Part shown: in pieces, positions 24,807-35,200 of the stretch
How positions within the stretch are numbered: position 1 is the first letter of the stretch
Layout: each line of letters begins with the position of its first letter
Source: Coraliomargarita sp.
GTDB lineage: Bacteria > Verrucomicrobiota > Verrucomicrobiia > Opitutales > Coraliomargaritaceae
DNA: 64,000 nucleotides
Direction of reading: 5' to 3'
Assembly (NCBI GenBank): GCA_965656715.1
Contig: CBFHLR010000012.1
Location: 3,551 to 67,550 of the forward strand
The notes under the pieces: generated by a model
Database searches by the model: none
Seen by the model: only the letters and a program-made list of their open reading frames with translations
Told to the model about the DNA's origin: nothing
Made by a program: the position numbers and the translations under genes

Positions 24807-27209
24807 GTGAAGTTACTGCATGTATTCCCACTAGCTGTGAGCCGCCTAAAGCAATTCCTTGTCTATTTTATTCTGATCGTAGCCTCGATCGGGTTGTGGC
24901 AATTCGCGCATCACCGAGGCCTGTTGGATGGTGTTGAGCAAGAAGCATTGAGATGGCGTTATATGGTCCGGGGGGAGTTGGAGTCGACAGCGCCTATTTT
25001 GTATGTCGATTTGGATGCGGGTGCGGTCGCTGATATTGGAGATAAACCATGGGACCGTAAAAATTTTGGTCAGGTGGTGAGTGCTCTGATGTCTCCGGGA
25101 GAGGCGAAGGTGGTGGGACTGGATATTATATTTTCCAGTTTGGGAGGTGGCGGTTTGCTAGATGTTGAACGCGCTCGAGCAGGGGATCTATATTTCGGGC
25201 AGGTGGTTGAAAAGCATTCGGATCGTGTTGTCTTGGCCGCGGCTTACACGGGGACGACCTCTGATCACGCGGTGCTTCCCATGAAGCGATTTGGTTTTGT
25301 AGAGCCGGATATGGTGCCTTATCCCGAGGCTCCAACTTTTCCAATCTTGAAGTATGGAGTGGGCCGTTTAGGCTTGGCGAATGTCGATGAATTGATGAAT
25401 GACGGTTCCATTCCGCTTGTGGTAGCAACGGTTTTTGAGACGGCCGGTGAAGCATATAGTCGTCACCTAATGGCTGGATATTTACGTTACTTTGGTGATT
25501 TGTTGAATGGTGCTGCAGTCATTGAAACAGAGGATCGCTTGCAATTGGTAGATGGGGATGGTTTTTCACCCGTAACGATTCCGCGCGACTCCAGTCATGT
25601 TTTGTTTTCATTAGGTTTGGAGATGTTTTTGGCTGCGCACGGGCTGGATGCAGGTGCAGTTCGCTGGGAGGATGACTCTTTGTGTGTTTATAAAGATGAC
25701 ACTCTCTTCCGTAAGATTCCCTTGCTTGATGGACAGTCGACGGAGGTGAATTGGTTTCAATCATGGAGGTCGCCGATTGCGCCGGAGCATATTTCGATGG
25801 CAGAAGTGCTGAAGATGGCGAATGCTCTCGGCGAGGCAGAGAAGGCTGAAGATCCGCTGGCTGTTGCTGAGCTGGAGCAGTGGTTTAAGCGATTTAAGAA
25901 TAAGATCATTCTTATTGGTCCTGCTGATCCGACCTTGAAAGATATTGCGCCGACTCCGTTTGATCGTGTGCCGGTGCCGAAGGTTGGACTGCATGCCAAT
26001 TTCTTGCGAACGATTCAAGATGAGGCATACATTACGCGCGTGAGTGGTGCCCGTGCGCAGTTTATGTGCGTAGTGCTGGCCTGTGTAGTCGCCTCTCTTG
26101 CATTATGGAGTGGCCGTGGTCGAGGGCTGACACGCTTTGGGTCTATCGCTCTGTTGATTGGTTATGTTGTGTGGGTTTTTCACTCCTTTAGCGCGAATTA
26201 CACCATTGTGCCTTTGATTGCTCCGGTGGGTGCGGCTATCACGGCATCGTTGTTAACGGTGTTAATGAAGTTGGGTTCTGAGGAGTGGCAGCGCCACCGT
26301 TTGAAAGCATTGTTTGGAGCCTATATTTCACCGGAACTGGTTAAAGAGATGTCTGACAAGCAGCGTGATCCCGAGTTGGGCGGCACCTCAGCGACCATTA
26401 CTGCGCTGTTTTCGGATGTGGAAGGATTCTCGGCGATTTCAGAGCAACTGCCTCCCGAGGACTTGGTGAATTTGATGAATGAATATCTCGGCGCGATGAC
26501 CGAGGCATTGCACACTCAGGGGGGCACGCTGGATAAATATATTGGCGACGCGATTGTAACGATGTTTGGGATGCCCTTGCCGATTGGTGACCATGCGGCG
26601 AAGGCCTGCCTGGCGGCAATTCGCATGCAGGAATGTCATGCCGAACTGCGTAAGCGCTGGGAATTAGAAGGGCGCTGGCCCGCAGCTGTGCGCACCATGC
26701 AAACGCGTATCGGTATTAATACCGGTGAGGCGGTGATCGGCAATATGGGTAGCAAGGTGCGCTTTAATTATACCATGATGGGCGATTCGGTGAACCTCGC
26801 AGCGCGTTGTGAAAGTGGCGCAAAAAGTTATGGTGTGTATACGATGGTGACGGGCGCGACCATGCTTGAAGCTCTGGAAGTATTGCCTGACTTACGTCAC
26901 CGAAAACTGGATCGTATTATTGTGAAGGGGCGGAGCGAACCGGTTGAGGTGTATGAACTCTGGGACCGAACCAGTGACCCTCAGCAGACTGCGAACTGCA
27001 AGAAGCTGTATGAAGAAGGCTTTAGCCTTTATGTGGATGGGAACTGGGAGGCCGCTCTGGAGAAGTTTGCCTTGGCGGAGGCCTATGAGCCGAACAAGGC
27101 TGTGGCGTTGACTAGCCCGTCAGCAGTGCTGGCTCGGCGCTGTCAGGACTTTATCGAGAACGGTGGTCCTGACGATTGGACGGGTGCTTACAAAATGTTA
27201 ACCAAGTAG
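24807..27209 (+). CDS. CHASE2-domain class III adenylate/guanylate cyclase
   Basis: 800-aa ORF (GTG start). Architecture: TM, large extracytoplasmic region, three TM helices, then a cyclase catalytic domain (TALFSDVEGFSAISEQL...LDKYIGDAIVTMFG...RIGINTGEAVIGNMGS). Confidence 0.85.
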   Translation: MKLLHVFPLAVSRLKQFLVYFILIVASIGLWQFAHHRGLLDGVEQEALRWRYMVRGELESTAPILYVDLDAGAVADIGDKPWDRKNFGQVVSALMSPGEAKVVGLDIIFSSLGGGGLLDVERARAGDLYFGQVVEKHSDRVVLAAAYTGTTSDHAVLPMKRFGFVEPDMVPYPEAPTFPILKYGVGRLGLANVDELMNDGSIPLVVATVFETAGEAYSRHLMAGYLRYFGDLLNGAAVIETEDRLQLVDGDGFSPVTIPRDSSHVLFSLGLEMFLAAHGLDAGAVRWEDDSLCVYKDDTLFRKIPLLDGQSTEVNWFQSWRSPIAPEHISMAEVLKMANALGEAEKAEDPLAVAELEQWFKRFKNKIILIGPADPTLKDIAPTPFDRVPVPKVGLHANFLRTIQDEAYITRVSGARAQFMCVVLACVVASLALWSGRGRGLTRFGSIALLIGYVVWVFHSFSANYTIVPLIAPVGAAITASLLTVLMKLGSEEWQRHRLKALFGAYISPELVKEMSDKQRDPELGGTSATITALFSDVEGFSAISEQLPPEDLVNLMNEYLGAMTEALHTQGGTLDKYIGDAIVTMFGMPLPIGDHAAKACLAAIRMQECHAELRKRWELEGRWPAAVRTMQTRIGINTGEAVIGNMGSKVRFNYTMMGDSVNLAARCESGAKSYGVYTMVTGATMLEALEVLPDLRHRKLDRIIVKGRSEPVEVYELWDRTSDPQQTANCKKLYEEGFSLYVDGNWEAALEKFALAEAYEPNKAVALTSPSAVLARRCQDFIENGGPDDWTGAYKMLTK

Positions 27210-27218
27210 TCGGCGCGT

Positions 27219-27536
27219 TTAGTAGCGACGCATGTTGGGATCGACTTCCATGCTCCATGCGTGGATGCCACCGGCGAGATTGACGATGTTCTCAAAGCCG
27301 CGTGCTTCGAGAAACTGGCAGACATTTAAGCTGCGCATGCCGTGGTGGCAAAAAATGATGAGCTGCTTGTCGCGTGGAAGCGCCTCAACGCGGTTGGGGA
27401 TTTCACCCATTGGAATGTGCAGTGCGCCTTCAATCTTGCAGATCGCGAGCTCTTCGTCTTCGCGCACGTCGAGTAAGACGGTCGAGTCGTCGTTTAATAA
27501 TTTTGCGGCTTCGAAGGCACTGATTTCCTTGTTCAT
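27219..27536 (-). CDS. Rhodanese-like sulfurtransferase domain protein
   Basis: 105-aa ORF with the active-site loop CHHGMRS. Confidence 0.85.
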   Translation of the reverse strand: MNKEISAFEAAKLLNDDSTVLLDVREDEELAICKIEGALHIPMGEIPNRVEALPRDKQLIIFCHHGMRSLNVCQFLEARGFENIVNLAGGIHAWSMEVDPNMRRY

Positions 27537-27548
27537 AGCGCACCTTTC

Positions 27549-28316
27549 ATGCTTAGTGTTGGCGATATGTCAAAGACGCCTTCCATCATTGTTCCGGCCC
27601 GACTGGCTTCGACGCGTTTTCCCCGCAAGCTATTGCACGAGGTGCAGGGCAAGCCGATTATCGTTTGGACCGCCGAGCGTATTCGCCAAGTCGCGCCTGA
27701 GTTTCCGCTCTATTTCGCGGTCGATGATGATGCCCTGGTGAGCTGTCTGGAGTCTGCGGGCTTCAATGCGGTGCGCACCCGTCCCGATCACCCCAGCGGC
27801 ACCGATCGCCTGGCCGAGGCGAATGCCGAGGTCGGCGCGCCTGCGGTGATCAACGTGCAGGGCGACGAACCGCTTGTGACTGGCGAGCAAATCCGAGCCC
27901 TAGCTGAAGGGCTGCAAGGCGAGGCTGCGATGTCGACTCTTGCGATTCCATTCGAGCGTCCGGAGGACTTTGCCAATCCAAATCAGGTCAAGGTTGTGCG
28001 TGATCGTGCCGGCTATGCGCTGTATTTCTCGCGTTCGTCGATTCCCTTCGCCCGTGATGCGGCAGGGCAGGTCGATGCGTCATGGCTGGCGGCCAACCCA
28101 TGCTACCGCCATCTCGGCCTGTATGCCTACGACGCGGATTTTCTAAAAGCCTTCTCCTCGCTCGAGCCGGGCTTCCACGAGCAAATTGAGAAGCTGGAAC
28201 AACTGCGTGCCATGGAGCACGGCTATCGCATCCATGTGGGCATCACGGATCAACCGACGGTCGGGATTGATACGCCCGAGGATGTTGAGGAATTCGAGGC
28301 TGCTCTGAAGGGCTAG
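27549..28316 (+). CDS. kdsB: 3-deoxy-manno-octulosonate cytidylyltransferase
   Basis: [17 protein letters not shown] and NVQGDEPL motifs are present. The start may be ATG 27567 (MSKTPS...). Confidence 0.9.
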   Translation: MLSVGDMSKTPSIIVPARLASTRFPRKLLHEVQGKPIIVWTAERIRQVAPEFPLYFAVDDDALVSCLESAGFNAVRTRPDHPSGTDRLAEANAEVGAPAVINVQGDEPLVTGEQIRALAEGLQGEAAMSTLAIPFERPEDFANPNQVKVVRDRAGYALYFSRSSIPFARDAAGQVDASWLAANPCYRHLGLYAYDADFLKAFSSLEPGFHEQIEKLEQLRAMEHGYRIHVGITDQPTVGIDTPEDVEEFEAALKG

Positions 28317-28410
28317 AGTTGCGTGTCGCTTGAGCAAACGCTCCCTGTGTTTTGAGCCTACAGAGGCGTCGCTTTTTTGCTCGGAGAGCGGTTGCCTCGG
28401 CGAGACGACC

Positions 28411-28761
28411 CTACCTTTCAGCCGCAATCACTGAAACTTCCACGAGCAGCTCGGGACGCGCCATGCGTGCCTCGACACAAGCGCGGGCGGGTGCATGTCC
28501 CTCCGGCACCCAGGCGTCCCAGACGGCATTCATCGCTGCAAAGTCTTTCATGTCGCGCACATAAACCGTGGCCGACAGCATGTGCTCGCGGTCCGAGCCC
28601 GCCTGGATCAGAAGTGCATCGACCTTGTCGAGCATGGTCTGGGTTTGTTCTTCGATGCCCTTGGTGGCATCGGCACAAACCTGTCCACACAGGTAAATTG
28701 TGCCGTTGTGTTTCACGATGCGACTCATGCGCTGTTTGATTTCTTGCCGTTCAATAGCCAT
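28411..28761 (-). CDS. RidA/YjgF family protein
   Basis: 116-aa ORF. ...[11 protein letters not shown]...[21 protein letters not shown]...PARACVEA... is a typical RidA-fold pattern. Confidence 0.8.
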   Translation of the reverse strand: MAIERQEIKQRMSRIVKHNGTIYLCGQVCADATKGIEEQTQTMLDKVDALLIQAGSDREHMLSATVYVRDMKDFAAMNAVWDAWVPEGHAPARACVEARMARPELLVEVSVIAAER

Positions 28762-28860
28762 CCGCCGCTTGTAGGTGGGGGCACGCAGTTTGACCAGTCT
28801 CTTCTGCTTAGACTTTGTCGAAGTGTTGACAAACCCGCCTTCGCACAGCCGTATTCAAGC

Positions 28861-30102
28861 ATGCAGACTGCACCAACAGAACTTGAAGTCGAACCAACCA
28901 GCTTGCCGGATGCCCGTGGCCACTTTGGTAAATACGGCGGCATGTATGTGCCTGAGACTTTGATGACGCCGCTTTTCGAGCTCACTGAAGCCTATCATGA
29001 GGCGCGTAAAGACCCAGCCTTCGAGCAGGAACTCAACGAGCAACTGCGTGAGTTCGCCGGTCGTCCGACCAATCTTTACTATGCCGAGCGTCTGACTCAG
29101 CACTGTGGTGGCGCGAAGATCTACTTGAAGCGCGAAGACCTGCTCCACACGGGAGCGCACAAGATCAACAACGCGCTCGGTCAGGCCTTGCTCGCCAAGC
29201 GCATGGGCAAGCAACGCATCATCGCTGAGACCGGTGCCGGGCAACACGGTATCGCGACCGCCGCCATGTGCGCCAAGCTCGGCCTCGACTGTGTGATCTA
29301 CATGGGTGAGGAAGATATGCGCCGCCAATCGCTCAACGTCTTCCGTATGCGCCTCTGTGGTGCGGAAGTGCGCGGTGTGACTGCGGGGCAGAAGACCCTC
29401 AAGGAGGCGGTCAACGAGGCGATGCGTGACTGGGTCACCAATGTGCGCAACACCCACTACATCATCGGCTCTGCGCTCGGAGCGCACCCATTTCCGATGA
29501 TGGTGCGCGACTTCCACCGTGTGATCGGTGAAGAAGCCCGCCGTCAGATTCTTGAGAATGAAGGCCGCTTGCCAGACGAAGTCGCAGCCTGTGTGGGCGG
29601 TGGTTCGAATGCGATTGGTTTGTTCTTTGCCTTCTTGAAGGACCTCGATGTTGCGCTGACAGGCGTTGAAGCTGGTGGTCGCGAGATTGTGCGCGGTGAG
29701 CATGCCGCGCGTTTCGCAGGTGGACGCCTTGGCGTTCTGCAGGGTGCGAAGACTTGGATCCTTCAGGATGACGACGGTCAAATAGACCTCACGCACTCCG
29801 TTTCTGCGGGCCTCGATTATGCTGCAGTTGGACCGGAGCACGCTTACTACAAAGAAAAGGGGCGCATCGACTTCGGCTACGCGACCGACGCTGAAGCGCT
29901 GCAAGCCTTCCAGGATCTCTGCTCCATTGAGGGCATTGTGCCAGCGCTCGAATCGTCACACGGCATCGCTTACACCATGAAGCGCGCGCGTGAAATGAGC
30001 CCCGAGCAACTTATCATCGGTAATCTCAGCGGTCGTGGTGACAAGGACGTGCAAGAAGCCGCACGACTTTTGGGAAGCGCTGAAAGCTGTTCCGAGGAGT
30101 GA
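28861..30102 (+). CDS. trpB: Tryptophan synthase beta chain
   Basis: The tracked ORF 28495..30102 has a 122-codon N-terminal extension antisense to the RidA gene. The real start is ATG 28861 (MQTAPTE...[16 protein letters not shown]). Motifs: [26 protein letters not shown]. Confidence 0.93.
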   Translation: MQTAPTELEVEPTSLPDARGHFGKYGGMYVPETLMTPLFELTEAYHEARKDPAFEQELNEQLREFAGRPTNLYYAERLTQHCGGAKIYLKREDLLHTGAHKINNALGQALLAKRMGKQRIIAETGAGQHGIATAAMCAKLGLDCVIYMGEEDMRRQSLNVFRMRLCGAEVRGVTAGQKTLKEAVNEAMRDWVTNVRNTHYIIGSALGAHPFPMMVRDFHRVIGEEARRQILENEGRLPDEVAACVGGGSNAIGLFFAFLKDLDVALTGVEAGGREIVRGEHAARFAGGRLGVLQGAKTWILQDDDGQIDLTHSVSAGLDYAAVGPEHAYYKEKGRIDFGYATDAEALQAFQDLCSIEGIVPALESSHGIAYTMKRAREMSPEQLIIGNLSGRGDKDVQEAARLLGSAESCSEE

Positions 30103-30141
30103 AGCGACGACATGACCGGGCGCGAAGGGAACCGGACCAAC
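30089..30141 (+). repeat. Family C element copy overlapping the trpB stop codon
   Basis: GTTCCGAGGAGTGAAGCGACGACATGACCGGGCGCGAAGGGAACCGGACCAA matches the reverse complement of 44508-44594 at about 47 of 52 hand-aligned positions. The first 14 nt are the last trpB codons (CSEE) plus TGA. Confidence 0.75.
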
Positions 30142-30162
30142 CTGAAAACTTGAAAAGCTGAA

Positions 30163-30726
30163 ATGTTACTCGTAATCGATAACTACGACTCTTTCACCTA
30201 CAACCTCGTCCAATACTTCGGACAGCTTGGGGTGGAGCAACAGGTCTTCCGTAACGACGCGATCACGGTGGACGAGGCGCTCGCGCTCAACCCGGACCGT
30301 GTGATGATTTCGCCTGGCCCCTGCTCGCCGACTGAAGCGGGTGTCAGCCTCGACATGATCGAGGCCTTTGCAGGGAAGAAGCCACTGCTGGGCGTGTGCC
30401 TCGGGCATCAGAGCATCGGTCAGCACTTCGGTGGCAAGGTGATCCGTGCCGAGCGCCTGATGCATGGCAAGACCAGCCCCGTGACTCACCGTGATACGGA
30501 TATCTTTAAGGGCCTTCCAAACCCTATGGAGGCCACGCGTTACCACTCGCTGATTGTCGAGCGCGAAACGCTGCCTGAGTGCTTGGAGGTCACGGCTGAA
30601 ACCGAAGCGGGCGAAATCATGGGGCTCGCGCACAAAGATCTGCCGGTTTGGGGGGTGCAGTTTCATCCAGAATCCATCGCGACCGAGGAGGGCATGAAGA
30701 TGCTCGAAAACTTCCTCGAACTCTAG
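30163..30726 (+). CDS. trpG: Anthranilate/aminodeoxychorismate synthase component II (glutamine amidotransferase)
   Basis: [26 protein letters not shown] and FHPES (Cys-His-Glu triad context). Confidence 0.92.
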   Translation: MLLVIDNYDSFTYNLVQYFGQLGVEQQVFRNDAITVDEALALNPDRVMISPGPCSPTEAGVSLDMIEAFAGKKPLLGVCLGHQSIGQHFGGKVIRAERLMHGKTSPVTHRDTDIFKGLPNPMEATRYHSLIVERETLPECLEVTAETEAGEIMGLAHKDLPVWGVQFHPESIATEEGMKMLENFLEL

Positions 30727-30809
30727 TCGATATTTAGTGATTGGGGCCTGTTTGGACACTAAATATAGTGTTTGCATGTCTGGGGCACTATATTTACGTT
30801 CTAGGTCTT

Positions 30810-31277
30810 ATGCGTTGCCCGAAGTGCACATCAGCCAACACAAAAGTACTCGATACTCGCACGAGCAAGAACGAGACGTCGATCCGTCGACGCCGTGAGT
30901 GCTTGGAGTGTGGCTACCGTTTTACCACGATTGAAGAAGTCTTGCGCGCCGACCTGCAGGTCGTGAAGCGCGACGGTCGTCGTGAGGACTTTGACCGTGC
31001 CAAGATGCTGGGCGGCCTCAAGAAGGCGGTCCAGAAGCGCCCGATCGATGTGATGCAGATCGAAATGCTTATTGCCGATGCGCTCGCTGCGCTTGAAAAG
31101 GAATACGACCATGAGATTCCTGCAAAAGCGGTGGGTGAGCAAATCATGTCGCGCCTCAAACATTTGGATAAGATTGCCTATGTGCGTTACGCATCGGTGT
31201 ATAAAGATTTTCGGGATCTCGACGAGCTGGCGGAGGAGATCGATGCGCTGAAAGATCCTGGCGGTAAGAATGCCTAA
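30810..31277 (+). CDS. nrdR: Transcriptional repressor NrdR
   Basis: [17 protein letters not shown]...[10 protein letters not shown] zinc ribbon plus an ATP-cone. The start was moved from 30741 to ATG 30810. Confidence 0.92.
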   Translation: MRCPKCTSANTKVLDTRTSKNETSIRRRRECLECGYRFTTIEEVLRADLQVVKRDGRREDFDRAKMLGGLKKAVQKRPIDVMQIEMLIADALAALEKEYDHEIPAKAVGEQIMSRLKHLDKIAYVRYASVYKDFRDLDELAEEIDALKDPGGKNA

Positions 31278-31746
31278 GTTCGAGCCATTAGAGCAATTGC
31301 GGATTTTGAGTGAGTTGCTGGCTCGCACGCAGGGGGCCGACCCCGAAGGCGCCATTCATGCGCAGCAGATCCTCGACTATTTCAGTGAGGAGGCACCCGA
31401 TGAGTTGCAGCGTCTTTCTATTGAGGTGTGTGCAAGCAAATTGGCTCAGATGCATCTGGGGCCCGAAGACATTCGCGAAGTTGCCTTTGCGCATTGGCAT
31501 GTCCCGGAGTCGATCGGCTCGAGTCCACTGTGGATACGACAGGCAATTGTTACAGAAATGAAGCAACTCGCGGGACGTCGACGTGCCTTGCTTTTGGTGA
31601 GTGGTGTGCGTGAGAGCATTTGCCCGCAAGGTGGCTACTGGACCAAGGCACGTGAAGCGCAGTATCGCCGTGTCCAAGATTGGATCGACGAGCTGGTCTG
31701 CGCCTGGGCCAGCCGCGGCTCGCAGTTACAAGTAATTGTCCTTTAG
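31270..31746 (+). CDS. Hypothetical protein
   Basis: 158-aa ORF overlapping the nrdR end by 8 nt on the same strand. Composition matches the core genome. No recognisable motif. Confidence 0.5.
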   Translation: MPKFEPLEQLRILSELLARTQGADPEGAIHAQQILDYFSEEAPDELQRLSIEVCASKLAQMHLGPEDIREVAFAHWHVPESIGSSPLWIRQAIVTEMKQLAGRRRALLLVSGVRESICPQGGYWTKAREAQYRRVQDWIDELVCAWASRGSQLQVIVL

Positions 31747-31813
31747 GCGCAGCTAGGCTGCTAGGAATTAGGTATTAGTGCTAAGTTGTTAGGCAAGGCG
31801 CGTTGCAGGGAGT

Positions 31814-31837
31814 GGAGGGCAACGCTCCGTCGTTGCC
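31814..31837. repeat. Single arm of the family A element (GGAGGGCAACGCTCCGTCGTTGCC)
   Basis: 23 of 24 nt identical to the left arms at 10104 and 43214. It is itself a GGCAACG/CGTTGCC hairpin. Confidence 0.7.
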
Positions 31838-31868
31838 GCACGTGTTGAGGGGCAGCAGCGTGGCTGCA

Positions 31869-31982
31869 GAATTAGGTATTAAGTATTAGGTATTAAGTAT
31901 TAAGTGTTAAGCCTTGCGGGGCGTGGGTTTACTGAAGGTTACCCACCTAACACCTAACACCTAATCACCTGACACTTAAAAC
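31869..31982. repeat. Low-complexity inverted repeat (TTAGGTATTAAGT-type units facing CACCTAACACCTAA units)
   Basis: 31869-31911 reads GAATTAGGTATTAAGTATTAGGTATTAAGTATTAAGTGTTAAG and 31944-31982 reads CACCTAACACCTAACACCTAATCACCTGACACTTAAAAC. The two are imperfect reverse complements. A related stretch lies at 31751-31795. Confidence 0.7.
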
Positions 31983-32092
31983 TGATCCGCTGCGCGGATC
32001 CATTGTCTCATTTAAAAAACGAATCAGTTACAAATTTGTATACATCTATGTGACACAGGTGTAACAACTGTGACGTGAGTGTGATAATTGCG

Positions 32093-32205
32093 GTGCGCCC
32101 ATACTATACTATTGAGATGGTTTTCAGGAGGCGCACAAGGAGGCGCGTTTTGGTTCCACCGACACAATCGAAATCCATGTGTCTGGTGGTAAAACTGAAA
32201 CGCGC
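32093..32205 (+). promoter_or_regulatory. Structured leader upstream of the TonB-dependent receptor gene (candidate cis-regulatory RNA)
   Basis: Hairpin GTGCGCC(32093-32099)/GGCGCAC(32130-32136). Long hairpin GCGCGTTT..CCACCGACAC (32143-32165) with GTGTCTGGTGG..AAACGCGC (32179-32205). The direct repeat GGAGGCGC x2 allows alternative pairings. The structure ends 9 nt before the ATG at 32214. Confidence 0.35.
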
Positions 32206-32213
32206 TTTCCGAA

Positions 32214-35200
32214 ATGAAAACAAACAAGCAATTCATCGCACTCACATCGCTCAGCTTACTTGCAATGGCTGCTCAGTCTGTATGGGCACTCAAGATCGAT
32301 ATTCCAAAGGAATTAGAGGCTGAGGTTGAGGCTCAGAAAGCAGCTGAAAAGGAAGCGCTCTCTGCCGAAATTGAAAGTATCTATGAGGGCAAAGTTGTTC
32401 TCCGTGATGGTGAGAAAATGAATTTTGTGTCAGAGTCGGGCGAATCGATTGTCGCAGAAGATGCGCCAGTTGAGCCTGAAGTTTCCGAGCCAGAATATGT
32501 TGAGTTCGGCGCGATGGGAGTTGCTGAGGAGGCCGAGCTCGCCGCAGATGAGGGGCGAATTAAAGGGCAAGTTTTTGATAAAGATACAGGAGAGGGCCTA
32601 AGAGGCGTTGCAATTGTTCTTGAGGGTACTGATCTTGTTACGGTTACTGGAACTGATGGGCGATATCGTTTAGATATGGTGCCGAGTGGCATTTATGATC
32701 TAACCTTCATCAAGACGGATTACATTGAAGCGACAATTACTGAAGCTAGTGTTGTCGGAGGCGAGATTACGAATTTGGATTTCGCTATGCCGCCGCGTCC
32801 AGCGGAGATGTCGGACGAGGCCTATGAGTTGACTGGTTTCACCGTGAGTGCTGAGGAGGTGGTCAGTCAAAATGTCGCCCTTCTTGCCCTGCGTCAGAGT
32901 TCAGCTGCATCGATTGATGCTCTTAGTGCTCAGGATATGAGTAAGTTTGCCGCAAGTGATGCTGCTGAGGCCTTAACTAAGGTTACTGGTGCAACGGTCA
33001 GTGATGGTAAATACGCGGTGATTCGTGGACTTAATGACCGATTCAACACCACGTTGATCAATGGGGTTCGCTTGCCTAGTCCGGATCCAGATCGCAATGC
33101 AGTGCCTTTGGACTTATTTCCATCTGGAATGATTGATTCTCTGGTAGTGCGTAAGACTTTTACTGCCGACCAACCTGGTGACTCGACTGGTGGCTCTTTG
33201 GATTTGGTGACTAAGTCTTTCCCTGAAGAGTTTACATTAAAGTTTGGCGTGTCGGTTGGATGGCAAGATGGCCTATATGGCAATGATATGCTTAAGGACC
33301 CTGAGCGTAGTAGTCATGACTTCTACGTTCGTGGTACTGATACTAGGGGCTTTGGTTCTGATGGAAGCCAGTCGTATGAGCCTTCTAATGTAATCGCACT
33401 CGCAAAGGATGTGAATAATGATGGTAACGGTGAAATTGTGGGGTATATCAGTGCTGATGATCCTAGGGTTCAGTATGCAAGCGTTTCTCGAGATTCCGTT
33501 CCGACCAGTGCGCCACAGTTTGAGCCTGAGCGAAGTAAGTCGAAGGGGGACTTGGATACCTCGTTTCAGGTTGGGGATAGTTTAGAAGTTTTTGGTGGTG
33601 AGTCGGTTTTTGGGTATTTGTTTGGCTTTCAGCAAAAGCACAAAGAGCGTGCGACTAGTATAACAAAGACTGAGGCGGAGTTTGATGGTAACGCTCTGGA
33701 TTCTGACCGAATTGTTCACGAGGAAGTTGGGCGTGTCAAAGATCAGTATTCCACCTTATTGGCGCTGGGTTTGGACAACTTAGAAGGTCAGAAGTTGTTC
33801 TATAACTTTATTTATCTCAAAGTCGGTGAGTCTGATGCGAAGTTTGCAGAGGTTGATGATCCAGTAACTTCATATAATTCTGAGATTTCTTATAAGGAAC
33901 GTTTTATGCGCAGTCATCAGTTTGGTGGTGAGCACCTTGTTTTGGAGGATGTATTTGATGAGCGGGCTCCTACATTTAATTGGGCGCTCCTGCTAACTGA
34001 TATGGGGCAAGTTGAGCCTGATACACGCGCCGTTAAAGGCTATGGAGTTTCGACTGGTGGGAGTGGCAATGGTCGTCCTTCGAACACAGATCCTATTGAT
34101 TCTCAGGAAGGGATACCTCCAATTCGCTTCGACCGAACGACCCGACAGGATAGTGATGCGTATGTAGCAGATTTAGAAATCCCATTTGCAGAGAAGTTTA
34201 AGCTTACCGTTGGTGGTAGTTATGAGAAGTATCAGCGTGATTTTACTCAGTTAGAGTGGACGCGTACATCCGCACCTTATGAAGCGGGCTTAGATGGGGT
34301 CGCGTTTCCAACCTTAGATTATGTAGTTACGCGAACGACTCCGAGTACTTCGCCGAATGTTGTCAGCATTGATAATGGCGATGGCACTTATGACTGGTAC
34401 CGCTCGCGAGTAGATGTTCCATTTGCAATTAACGAAGATGCCGATTCTAGTTTTGGTTATTCGACCCCCTTCGGTTTTGAGGCATTTGGTGAATCTAAGA
34501 CAGAGGCAGCGTTCGTTAGTACTGATTGGGATATTTTCGATTGGCTGAGGGTAAACGGTGGTATGCGATTTGAGAGTAATCAGCTAAGTTATCAAGACGA
34601 TGGTAATGCTGGTATCCAATCGGCTCAGTGGTTGTTTGTCATCAATGAAAAGCCAATAGATGAGGATAGTCAGTTGCCATTTGTTAGTTTCATTGTTGAG
34701 CCACATGAAGATTGGACTGTTCGTTTGTCTTGGTCAGAGACGATTGCAAAGCCCTCATTTCGAGAAATTGCTCCGTTTCCATCGCTTAATGTGTCGGATG
34801 ACATTCTGGAGATTGGTAATCCGGGTGAAATCGTTACGTTGGGTGTCCCTGGGACTTTGTTGGGGGAGTATTCTGGTTTGAGCCTCGCTGAGGTTGAAAA
34901 TTATGATGCCCGCTTGGAGTGGTCTCAAGGGAATTTGCTCTTGGCGGGTACGTATTTCTACAAAAAGATTTCAGACCCGATTGAGAGCGTGTCGATCTCA
35001 CCGCCAACGAATATTGGTAGGAGTGATATTGTTACTTACATTAACAATGAAAATGAGGCAGATCTTCAAGGTGTTGAACTTGAAGCTCAATTGTCGTTTG
35101 CTGACATTTCATCGCTGCCTTCATTTCTGCAATATTTTACTGTCGGTGCAAATTATACATACATTGATGCGTCTGTTGATCGCTCGCAGTTGGAGCTGGA

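Noticed and set aside
28495-28860. N-terminal 122-codon extension of the trpB ORF
   Set aside because: It is antisense to the well-supported RidA gene (28411..28761) and has no TrpB similarity. TrpB similarity begins at ATG 28861.
28826-28860. Sigma70-type promoter (TTGACA ... TATTCA) directly upstream of trpB
   Set aside because: The spacer is about 20 nt rather than 17±1, and the -10 candidate would leave only 3 nt before the ATG. This is not convincing without experimental 5' ends.
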